32,982 nucleotides of DNA. Origin: an uncultured archaeon. GTDB lineage: Archaea; Asgardarchaeota; Thorarchaeia; Thorarchaeales; Thorarchaeaceae. This document shows positions 8,888 to 17,132 of this stretch, piece after piece (position 1 is the first letter of the stretch; every line of letters starts with the position of its first letter). The notes beneath the pieces are model-generated. The model did no database searches, was not told where the DNA came from, and saw only the letters and a list, made by a program, of their open reading frames with translations. Made by a program: the position numbers and the translations under genes. The stretch spans positions 1-32,982 of the forward strand of contig CAZVZC010000023.1 of assembly GCA_964631415.1 (NCBI GenBank), read 5' to 3'.

Positions 8888-9601
8888 ATGAGCTCATTCG
8901 AGAGGCCTTTCGTGGGGCCGCTTGCCGGAAGGAATCCTGTGAAGTTCGAGGTAGACGACCAAGAACTCAGACTCGCGGCAATCCAGATGGCCGAAACAAG
9001 AGTCGCACATTCGGTGTCTGCATTCGAGGGTTACGAACAGGGCATCTTCAGGAGGGCCCGGGCGGACATGACTCTAGATTCTCTCAAAGATGATCCTATC
9101 TTCCGCTCATTCAGGGATCTCTATTGGAGCCATGGCATGGACCCCACGAAACTCCGTGTTTCGAGTGAGGCACTGCTTAGAAGAGTGCTTGTCGGGCAAA
9201 ACCTCTGGCGAGTGAATGATGTGGTTGATGTTGCCAACCTTGCCTCGGTTGCTCATCATCTGCCCGTAGGCCTTGTCGACCTGTCCAAGCTCGTCGGTGA
9301 CATTGCAGTCCGGAATGCACACAGGGGAGAGGAGTTCCACAGAATCGGAGGCGGCACCGTTGTCTGCAGAGGTCGTGAGATCGTCTTGGCAGATGCGCAG
9401 AAGATAATCTGTTTTGGCTATGCCACTCACGATTCCGACCTCACAAAGGTCACAGATGAAACCAATGACGTACTGCTGCTGGTTTTTGGGTCTCCTGCTG
9501 TAAGCTCAGAGTACATGGTAAAATCAGCACACGACACTCTGAACATCGTTGAACGATGGTTGACTTGCTCGATCGGAGGACTGAGAGTGTTCTCGTCATG
9601 A
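8888..9601 (+). CRISPR. placeholder
   Basis: Not a CRISPR element; disregard this entry, the correct call is the B3/4 CDS entry with the same coordinates. Confidence 0.
8888..9601 (+). CDS. Stand-alone B3/4 domain protein (PheRS beta-like, putative tRNA trans-editing)
   Basis: GMDPTKLRVSSEALLRRV and NDVVDVANLAS...LPVGLVDL signatures. Confidence 0.88.
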   Translation: MSSFERPFVGPLAGRNPVKFEVDDQELRLAAIQMAETRVAHSVSAFEGYEQGIFRRARADMTLDSLKDDPIFRSFRDLYWSHGMDPTKLRVSSEALLRRVLVGQNLWRVNDVVDVANLASVAHHLPVGLVDLSKLVGDIAVRNAHRGEEFHRIGGGTVVCRGREIVLADAQKIICFGYATHDSDLTKVTDETNDVLLLVFGSPAVSSEYMVKSAHDTLNIVERWLTCSIGGLRVFSS

Positions 9602-9651
9602 AGCCGTACGACTCTTCATGTTTGCCCTAATCGCCCATCATCAGTTGCATC

Positions 9652-11595
9652 CTAGAATTGGAGGAAGGGTTCTCCGAGGAGGATTCGTTCTAGGAGGCTG
9701 TTCACTGTCGCTTTGTTGACTATCTCCTCAAAACGCTTCTTCAACCTCTGCGCATCTACATAGTCAGGCTCTACGACTCCAGTGCTCTCAACGACCTTCT
9801 CCATCACGTACTCGAATTCATAGGTCAAATACTCAGTCTTCTTACCTGTCTTGTCGTCTGCGATGGTTAGCCTCTTTGCGAGGCCATAGGCAATGGCGGC
9901 CTTCGTTTCCGTTAGGTAGTAAGACTTGGCCTTCTCGTAGTTAAGGCGACCTGCCCTCACAAGCTCTTTGAGAAGATCTAGTCCGAAGTTCGTTCTTGCT
10001 ACAGATTCGATTCTAGCGACAAACGCGTTCACCAGATCCTCGTACGAAACCATGCCCAGATCGCCTCTGGTGGCAAATACCTTCTCGGTTCCCTTGACTG
10101 ACTGGAACTTGGCCTTCCTCTCTTCGAGAACCATCAGATGCTCTTGTTCCTGCCGCTTCCGTTCCGCTTCCTTGGCTTTAGCTTCCTCGGCTTTCCTCTT
10201 CTCTTCTTCTTTCGCCTTCCTCTCCGCCTCTCTCTTCTTCTCCTCGTCAAGTCGCACCCTCTCAAGGTCCTTGAGCAGCTTCTCTTGTTCCTTAACGAGG
10301 GCCGCCATGTGTTTCTGTACATCCTGTTCCGTGAGAGTAATGTGGTTGGTCAGCAGCCACCGGACGGACATGTGATTGACCTTCGGGGTCATGTCGGCCG
10401 AAGAGAAGATGAAGCTACCAACACTCTGTCCTGGAAGTGCCTTAATGATCTCCTCAGACTCCTGCTCCCCCGCGATAGGCTCGAGAATCCGCTCCAACAC
10501 CTTCAGTGACTGTTCGCTACTGATTCTGCCGGTAGCAATGGTGTTGAACTGCTCGAAGGCCTTGTAATCGACGTCCTTTGGACTCTGAGTTGATATCAAA
10601 CACTCTATGCCGTACTTGCGAGCCTGACGGAACAGTAGCAGATAGGTCTCCTTTGGACCGGGCGACCTCATGCCAGCCGGGATGAATGGTGCAGCTTCAT
10701 CCTGAAATATCACCATGCGCGGTTTCTCTGTGAAGCCCTGTTTCAGCATCCATGAATAGAGCTGGTTCAGCACAATCGCAATGAAGAAGTGTTTCTCTTC
10801 TTCGCTCCTCAGAGTCTTGAGAAACAGGATATTAACGGGAGTCTTACCGTTCACTGGTTTGATGATCTCGTCAAAGTCAAGCTGCCCTTCTTCTCTGAAC
10901 AAGAGCTGTGACGAGCCCACCGTGAGGCTTCTGATTACTGATGCCAGCTTCTGACGCTCAGACTCCTTCATGAAGGGCTCCAAGTCCACTCCCACGGACT
11001 CTTTGTCTGCCACGAGCAGGTCTGCAAGCTCTCCAAGACCCTTGATCTCGACCTTGTCTTCCCAAGTGACACGGAGCAGCTCGTAGACTGCAGCAAACGA
11101 CTTGCTCTCCCAAGAGGAGGGAAGACCTGCTACCTTGAGCAAGACCTTGACGAGGGTCCTTGCACAGTTGTCGAGCAACCGTATCATATCGTCAGTGTCA
11201 GCCTTTTCATCAGGGAGGTTCAATGGATTTATCGATATGGCGAGACCCTTGCTGCTGGCAGGTGTGTAGACCCTCACGACAACCTTGTTCATGTATTCTT
11301 TCAGCCTCTCAGGGGGCACACCCTTGGACTGCAAGACTTTGGGGTCTGCAGGCAGCATCAACGAGGCGATGTCACCCTGCGGGTCAAAGGCAAGAACAGG
11401 GATGCCCTGCATTGCGGCCTCTTCAAGAATGACCTTCCCCAGGACAGTCTTCCCTGAGCCTGTCGAACCGAAGAGCCCACCATGTCGTCGCAAGAGGTCC
11501 ACACTAATCTCGAACCTTCGGTCAGTCTGGTTTCCTTGCTCATCTAGATGATAACCCAACCACAGGTTGCTTCCGGTCACGCGAACTCTCACCAT
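9652..11595 (-). CDS. HerA/FtsK/VirB4-superfamily P-loop ATPase (DUF87/DUF853-like) with charged helical stalk and unknown C-terminal domain
   Basis: HGGLFGSTGSGKT Walker A, FDPQGD, VIFQDEA Walker B, QARKYG arginine-finger region, STQSP; E/K/R-rich segment follows. Confidence 0.88.
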   Translation of the reverse strand: MVRVRVTGSNLWLGYHLDEQGNQTDRRFEISVDLLRRHGGLFGSTGSGKTVLGKVILEEAAMQGIPVLAFDPQGDIASLMLPADPKVLQSKGVPPERLKEYMNKVVVRVYTPASSKGLAISINPLNLPDEKADTDDMIRLLDNCARTLVKVLLKVAGLPSSWESKSFAAVYELLRVTWEDKVEIKGLGELADLLVADKESVGVDLEPFMKESERQKLASVIRSLTVGSSQLLFREEGQLDFDEIIKPVNGKTPVNILFLKTLRSEEEKHFFIAIVLNQLYSWMLKQGFTEKPRMVIFQDEAAPFIPAGMRSPGPKETYLLLFRQARKYGIECLISTQSPKDVDYKAFEQFNTIATGRISSEQSLKVLERILEPIAGEQESEEIIKALPGQSVGSFIFSSADMTPKVNHMSVRWLLTNHITLTEQDVQKHMAALVKEQEKLLKDLERVRLDEEKKREAERKAKEEEKRKAEEAKAKEAERKRQEQEHLMVLEERKAKFQSVKGTEKVFATRGDLGMVSYEDLVNAFVARIESVARTNFGLDLLKELVRAGRLNYEKAKSYYLTETKAAIAYGLAKRLTIADDKTGKKTEYLTYEFEYVMEKVVESTGVVEPDYVDAQRLKKRFEEIVNKATVNSLLERILLGEPFLQF

Positions 11596-11659
11596 GGATG
11601 ACTGTCCAGAGTGGAATTGGACTCTCCCACTTCTGTATGGCGTTTCACGGCATGCGCCG

Positions 11660-11665
11660 TTTATA
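11660..11665 (-). promoter_or_regulatory. Putative TATA box of the ATPase gene
   Basis: TATAAA on the minus strand about 65 bp upstream of ATG 11595. Confidence 0.35.
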
Positions 11666-11813
11666 CAGTTTTCTGGCCGCTCGTCGGCAAGCCATAGCAG
11701 TCCAAGCTATTTCAGAGGAACACAAAACTCTCAGAGCGAATCTGTACAAGGGCCAGGGCGTGGATTGAGGTCTGACGACGATGGAACCACGTTATTTCCG
11801 TGCAATAATAAGT

Positions 11814-11837
11814 GGATGGAGGGAGTCACCTCCATCC
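11814..11837 (-). terminator. Stem-loop downstream of the 6-TM gene
   Basis: GGATGGAGG-GAGTCA-CCTCCATCC perfect 9-bp stem, 10 bp after the stop at 11848. Confidence 0.55.
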
Positions 11838-11847
11838 TAGTCAGTCT

Positions 11848-12468
11848 TCACTCGCCGACTGGTTCGTACTTTCTGCCCAAGAACATGACGGTGACTACGA
11901 CGAGGAAGACCGCGAATAGACCTAGGGCCACAGCAGCTCCCTCATAGAAGTTCACAGTGGTGAGGATCCAGTCGAAGCCCACCTTGACAACGGCCATCAC
12001 GACTCCCAGGAGCAACGAAACAAGCATGAACCTTGATGTCAACTCCTTGATCTGGCCCTTCTCGCTGCCCTTCGTGATTGTCCCACTGAAGTAGACGAAG
12101 ACAAAGAGGAATACGTATGCTATCACGATCATTGTGGCGATGTTGAAAAGACTGGCCTGCAAGACCGGGTCCACAGGATCAAGATAACCATAGATGAGAA
12201 TCGCAAATATCGCCGTCATAAACACAAACATGTTACTGACAAGCTTATCCTCGGGATTAACGAAGCCGGTCTTCTCAGTGAAGGTATTGATCGAACTCAT
12301 GATGAGTACGACAACAAGCAATGCTGCACCTACTATCCATGCTTCGAGAGGATAGAGGGTGCCTGTGATACTGAGCGCCTGAAGCATAAACTTGATGATT
12401 GCCGCGAAGCCAAGGACAGTTATGCCAATCCCTGACAGAACATTCGATATAGTTGTGAGCCGGACCAT
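11848..12468 (-). CDS. Hypothetical integral membrane protein (6 TM)
   Basis: Six hydrophobic helices; GGGGAG upstream of ATG. Confidence 0.82.
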   Translation of the reverse strand: MVRLTTISNVLSGIGITVLGFAAIIKFMLQALSITGTLYPLEAWIVGAALLVVVLIMSSINTFTEKTGFVNPEDKLVSNMFVFMTAIFAILIYGYLDPVDPVLQASLFNIATMIVIAYVFLFVFVYFSGTITKGSEKGQIKELTSRFMLVSLLLGVVMAVVKVGFDWILTTVNFYEGAAVALGLFAVFLVVVTVMFLGRKYEPVGE

Positions 12469-12535
12469 TGTCTAGTCTCCCCTACTGGAGTTGTCTTGTT
12501 TTTTGTTGAGTTGCTTACTAATTAACTCTTGCTCG

Positions 12536-13753
12536 CTAGATGCTCTCAGGATGTGTTTCCGCCCTAGAATGCATCTCAGGCATGAAATACGTGCCCGTGA
12601 CTGCAATCGCAATCAGCAAGGCCACCAAGACTGCCAAGCCTACGAGTCCGTATGTCGCGTATGCGAATCCTCCGCTTGCAGGTCCGATAATCATGCCACT
12701 TCCGAAAAATATGCTGTACACTCCCATCGTCGTCCCCCTTGCTTCGCTGTCGGAAACATCAGTCAGGTAGGCCATCGCGGCAGGCGGAAATGCACCAGCT
12801 GTGAAGCCAAGCAGTGGCAGGACAGGCCATATTGCCCATAAGGCAGAGATGTCAGCCGAGTTGGAAACCAGCAGGTATGCCAGAACACCCAGTCCCAACA
12901 ACCCAACCACAATGAACGGACGACGCTTCATGAAGTGGTCCGAAAGATGACTCATGATTATGATGCCGAGGATTAGAGAACCGCCGAGCAAACCAAACAT
13001 GACGAGCAGTTCAGTAGCTGCAAGTGAAAACTCCTGCTCCAAAATCCTTTCAGCGTATCCTATGAAGATGCCATACATCGAGATAATCGGCACGTAGACC
13101 GGAACGAGTTTCTGTATCCTCTTGTCGCTGGCCACTTTGTAAAGCAGACCCGTGATGCTCAACTCAGCACGTTTTTCGGTTCTGGTTTCCTTTATGCCAA
13201 TCATGGCCACAATCCCGGCCAGTGTCGCAGCAGAACCTGCGGTCACGAGGATGAGAAACGCGGCCCATTCGAACTGAAGTAGTAGAATGCCGAGGCCATA
13301 GCCACCTGCAAGGCCGGCCAATGTTGACAGGTCGTAGTAGCCCATCAGACGAGCACGGTTGGACTCAGATGACATGTCTGCCACCATCGACAGTGTGGTC
13401 GACACCTGAGATGCGGCTCCAAGGCCGAACACCGCGGAGAACACTAGGAGAACGAGGAAACTGTTGGCGACTGAGAACAAGAACGCAGCCGACCCCGTGA
13501 GGAAGAGGCTCATGACAAAGATCGGTTTGCGGCCAATCTTGTCACTATACGAGCCGAAGAATGAAACAGAGGTGAGCTCGAAGACCGGGTAGACTATCAA
13601 TACGGCTGCTATCTCTAGCGTCCCCAAGACACCACCCATGTAAGACGAACTCTGAACGACGGCAATGCTGACGTAGAATGATGCGCGCATTATCATGGTC
13701 ACAGCATACATCGCCATCAGGTTCCAGAAGTGCCCAGATGCTCTGAGTCCCAT
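12536..13753 (-). CDS. MFS transporter
   Basis: About 12 TM; motif A GSYSDKIGRK and its repeat SHLSDHFMKRR. Confidence 0.92.
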   Translation of the reverse strand: MGLRASGHFWNLMAMYAVTMIMRASFYVSIAVVQSSSYMGGVLGTLEIAAVLIVYPVFELTSVSFFGSYSDKIGRKPIFVMSLFLTGSAAFLFSVANSFLVLLVFSAVFGLGAASQVSTTLSMVADMSSESNRARLMGYYDLSTLAGLAGGYGLGILLLQFEWAAFLILVTAGSAATLAGIVAMIGIKETRTEKRAELSITGLLYKVASDKRIQKLVPVYVPIISMYGIFIGYAERILEQEFSLAATELLVMFGLLGGSLILGIIIMSHLSDHFMKRRPFIVVGLLGLGVLAYLLVSNSADISALWAIWPVLPLLGFTAGAFPPAAMAYLTDVSDSEARGTTMGVYSIFFGSGMIIGPASGGFAYATYGLVGLAVLVALLIAIAVTGTYFMPEMHSRAETHPESI

Positions 13754-13903
13754 TTCCAGTTCTCCTTTCTCGCCTCGATATGTCGCGGTTATAAGTTGAC
13801 TGGCACAGCACAGCCAATCGGAGTCTTGACCATTGACACTCCATTATGTCAAATCCCGAAGTGCTTAAATCTCGTGCAACACGCAGCCTCTACGGAGGCG
13901 CCA

Positions 13904-14728
13904 ATGGTGAGCTGGCTGGCCAAGATTGTGAATGGTACACCGGATGAATTCGTGCACGCAAAGCTGGTCAAGTACGGAATAGGGACTCACCCGGGTCCAA
14001 GCGCAGTGATAGGACTGAGTCAAGGACGTATCACGTTCAAAGCAGATTTCGATCACGAGAAGATGTTCGCCCAAGCATATCTCAGGTTCGCCCCTGCAGG
14101 CACGCAGAAAGTCACGGGGACCATCATCACGTATACTGACCGCAGATCAGCATATGAGCATCTGCCACTACCTCTTTCTTGGACCAAGAGCAAGGGAGAA
14201 GGGGCTTCCGTGTTCAAAGCAAAGCTTAGCGAGGTCGCTCCAATCGAGGATCTCCGGGCCTTACTGGACGTGGACGACCCTACGAGTTTCTTTCTCCTAT
14301 CCATGACCCCACGAGACGGAACGAAGCCATGGTCTATCACGACGAAGTCGTCATTCCCAAAGGCATCTTTCGCAAAAGCGGGTGCAAAGTCAGATGAAGA
14401 CAAGGCAACGCCCGAAGAAGAGCTCGATGAGGGCAAAGCAATCAAGCCGAAAGACCCCACTTTCGCGAAGGGAGCCTATGTCAACACACCTGAGATAGTT
14501 CGCTACCTACTCCAGGAGGCTGTGCCAGACGTCCTATCTGATGTGACTCCAAAAACAAAAGACATACGCATCAGTAACGAAATAGTGATTGAGGAGATCA
14601 TAGTCCCGGAGGACAACTCTCTGTCTTTCTCTGAGAAGAGAAGGATCGCAAAGAAGAAGGGCAAGCTTGTAAGGAAAATCACGATTGATGGAAGAGCGCA
14701 CATCAAGGAGTTTCAATTTGTGGCATGA
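13904..14728 (+). CDS. Hypothetical soluble protein with basic C-terminus
   Basis: Long ORF with globular composition; start moved to MVSWLAK because the longer ORF overlaps the divergent MFS start. Confidence 0.8.
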   Translation: MVSWLAKIVNGTPDEFVHAKLVKYGIGTHPGPSAVIGLSQGRITFKADFDHEKMFAQAYLRFAPAGTQKVTGTIITYTDRRSAYEHLPLPLSWTKSKGEGASVFKAKLSEVAPIEDLRALLDVDDPTSFFLLSMTPRDGTKPWSITTKSSFPKASFAKAGAKSDEDKATPEEELDEGKAIKPKDPTFAKGAYVNTPEIVRYLLQEAVPDVLSDVTPKTKDIRISNEIVIEEIIVPEDNSLSFSEKRRIAKKKGKLVRKITIDGRAHIKEFQFVA

Positions 14729-14803
14729 TTCTATGACTACCGCGACCTTTAAAACGGCATTGAGAAGACCGAAGGCGAGCTAGCAGCCCAAGAGGCCAGA
14801 ACA

Positions 14804-15001
14804 ATGATGCAGATCTATTTCGAGGGATCCATATTATGGGTCGGATTGGCCTTCATCGTATTCGGACTGATGTCATATGGATGGCTTGTGATCCATGTTG
14901 AGCATAGCCGCCACTTTTCCATGATGAAGGCTTTCTTTGCGCTTGTTCTGGGCTCACTGTTAATGGGCTTTGGCTTGCACTTCATGTTCCTCGGGCTATA
15001 G
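14804..15001 (+). CDS. Small 2-TM membrane protein
   Basis: Two hydrophobic helices around HVEHSRH loop; TTTAAAA at 14748-14754 upstream. Confidence 0.65.
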   Translation: MMQIYFEGSILWVGLAFIVFGLMSYGWLVIHVEHSRHFSMMKAFFALVLGSLLMGFGLHFMFLGL

Positions 15002-15111
15002 GTCCTAGGTCGGCCGGCCGCCTTGTATGGCCCTACATCCACACAACGCATATTTGCGCCGTCAGCGGGTTTCAGTTGCAGCAAGTGTGAGCATTCCGGT
15101 TCCTGTCAGAC

Positions 15112-16302
15112 TTGAGGAGTTCGTATCTGTTGAGCGACCAAGACGTTCAGACTCTCGCAGCTGCCAGCGGACAGCGTTTGATTCGCGAGTTTGCCGACAA
15201 GTACGCGAATCTACGTGAGAGGTCTCGTAGAGTGCCCATAGCAGATGCGAAGAAGATAGCAGACGAGTATTCCTGTCCGCTCGAGATTGGCATCGTGGCC
15301 TACCTCATCAACCTGGACGGAATAATGGGTATCAGGGAAGCAGTCAGCCTCTTCTCCTCCGAGCTCCAGCGACGTACGAACGTTGGTGAAGACGTGCCCA
15401 ACATCGGGGGGAACATCCTTGAGTTCTCATTGCTTGAGGGCAGGTGGATTGAGTACATCTACGGCACATTCGTGAGGGAACTCGAACTCAAGACAAGAGA
15501 GCTCGCCAACCTTGAGGCATCGATTGACGTGGAAACGCCTCCAATCGAGAAGGTTGTGTCGGTGGTCAACTCTCGAAGCCGCCTAGCTGCAACTTTCGTA
15601 TCACCTGCGGTAGAGGCATGGCTAAGAGAACATGTGAAGTCCAACACTGAAGACGTCTTGACTGCATTCTGTTTGGCTGTCACCAAGTGGAAGCTAGCGA
15701 CACTGAAGGGCAAGATGCTCCAGCTCCGACGTAGGAACCAAGCCTTCTTCAGAAGGCTGAGAGTCATCTTGGCCGCTGCATCAGAATCCGCCACGGCGGA
15801 CCTTGTCGTGAAGAGAATCGATGACACCATCCAAGCGCTAGGTGCGGATCTGTCTAAAATGAGTGTCAGCTCGGTTGCTCACTTCATTCTTCATATTGCA
15901 CCGAGGCCGATGGGAAGAGGTGATAGGTCGCGGTATGTTGACGTGGGAATGAGTTCGACGCGCGGCAACAAGACCGAGCCCGACATGGCGTCGCCATTCG
16001 ACTTCCTCGAGAGGGATGTACAGCTTGCTCGGCGCCGCACAGATGCAGAGCGGTCAGAGTATCTCTCCCAGCGGATCAGCCGTGTCATGCGCGTCCTCAG
16101 GTACCAAGGCAACACTACAGCTCAGGTTGTTGAGAAATGCATTCTCGAACTCAGGAACAGGTTACATATTGACGAAGCATCTGCTGCAAGTGTTATCGAA
16201 AGGTCTAGGCAAGAACTCGCGAGCACACCATCTGATCGGCAGGATGAGATTGCTGTGAAACTCGTGTTTGAATACATCAGCACATACGCTTTCGAGAGGT
16301 GA
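15112..16302 (+). CDS. Hypothetical mostly alpha-helical protein
   Basis: 396-aa ORF, no recognisable motif; start uncertain by a few codons. Confidence 0.82.
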   Translation: MRSSYLLSDQDVQTLAAASGQRLIREFADKYANLRERSRRVPIADAKKIADEYSCPLEIGIVAYLINLDGIMGIREAVSLFSSELQRRTNVGEDVPNIGGNILEFSLLEGRWIEYIYGTFVRELELKTRELANLEASIDVETPPIEKVVSVVNSRSRLAATFVSPAVEAWLREHVKSNTEDVLTAFCLAVTKWKLATLKGKMLQLRRRNQAFFRRLRVILAAASESATADLVVKRIDDTIQALGADLSKMSVSSVAHFILHIAPRPMGRGDRSRYVDVGMSSTRGNKTEPDMASPFDFLERDVQLARRRTDAERSEYLSQRISRVMRVLRYQGNTTAQVVEKCILELRNRLHIDEASAASVIERSRQELASTPSDRQDEIAVKLVFEYISTYAFER

Positions 16303-16303
16303 C

Positions 16304-17080
16304 ATGACTGTGGATCAGGGACCTCTCTTCTGGCTGCTGGACGTACAGGCGTACAGATACGACGTAGGCGTCCTGCGTGAAACCGACCTGAAGGGAAAGG
16401 CCTTGGTCCTTTCCCGGCAGCTATGGTCTGCCATTCGGGGGGATACAGTGATTTCCATACTGATTGGGCCTGGCGTGTTCAAAGGAGTGGGCATCTTGGG
16501 AAACAGACGGGTCGATGTGTTAGAACCACTCTGCGCATTGATGTTCGACCCCTCCGCGCTAAGAGCCGATGAGCCCATCCCACTTGTCGACATAATCTCA
16601 CCTGAGGTCATCGACCCCATGGCCTCGCGAAAAACAGAGGAGATCATGACCGTCATCCGTCAGCTAGTGGTTGAACGTGGGAATGTCTTGGCGGCTGAAA
16701 CGCTCCTCAAACTCAGGCCGGAGGGTGCTATACCCACAACAGCCTTTGCGCTGGACCTCCTGAAGAAGATCAACGTTGCTCACGTTTCCGGGGTTCAGAG
16801 AGCCAAGTTCATCCTTGGAGGAACAAACGGACCTCTATATCGTCCATTCGCAGGTTGGTATCGAAAAGGAAGATACGACCACTCTGACCAGATCAAGGTG
16901 ATGGCCACACCATTCTCTAAGTTCTGCAGTTCAGTGGACATAGATGTGATGTCTGACTGGGCCATAGTCGAGAAAGCCGCCACGAGTAGCTGCACAGGCA
17001 TTGAGGCAGTACAGGACGAGTACAATGAAACCCTTGATGTCGTCAGAAAGAACGCGAATCTGTTTGTCTACGAACTCTGA
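16304..17080 (+). CDS. Hypothetical protein
   Basis: ATG 1 bp after the upstream stop with GAGGTGA SD-like sequence overlapping it. Confidence 0.8.
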   Translation: MTVDQGPLFWLLDVQAYRYDVGVLRETDLKGKALVLSRQLWSAIRGDTVISILIGPGVFKGVGILGNRRVDVLEPLCALMFDPSALRADEPIPLVDIISPEVIDPMASRKTEEIMTVIRQLVVERGNVLAAETLLKLRPEGAIPTTAFALDLLKKINVAHVSGVQRAKFILGGTNGPLYRPFAGWYRKGRYDHSDQIKVMATPFSKFCSSVDIDVMSDWAIVEKAATSSCTGIEAVQDEYNETLDVVRKNANLFVYEL

Positions 17081-17132
17081 TACACCGGAAGAGTCATCAA
17101 CCGCTTGACGGGCCACAGGCGAGGCAGGTACC

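Noticed and set aside
8888-9601. Feature entry typed CRISPR with confidence 0
   Set aside because: Entered in error; the region is the B3/4-domain CDS and has no repeat-spacer structure
9968-10509. Plus-strand Ser/Phe/Leu-rich ORFs and a CT-rich repeat-like tract
   Set aside because: Antisense reflection of the E/K/R-rich helix codons
9652-11595. Canonical herA of the HerA-NurA-Mre11-Rad50 operon
   Set aside because: No partner genes adjacent, no room for a full HAS barrel, and an atypical C-terminal extension
11567-11947. 126-aa plus-strand ORF across the intergenic gap
   Set aside because: Overlaps both flanking genes antisense and has no motif
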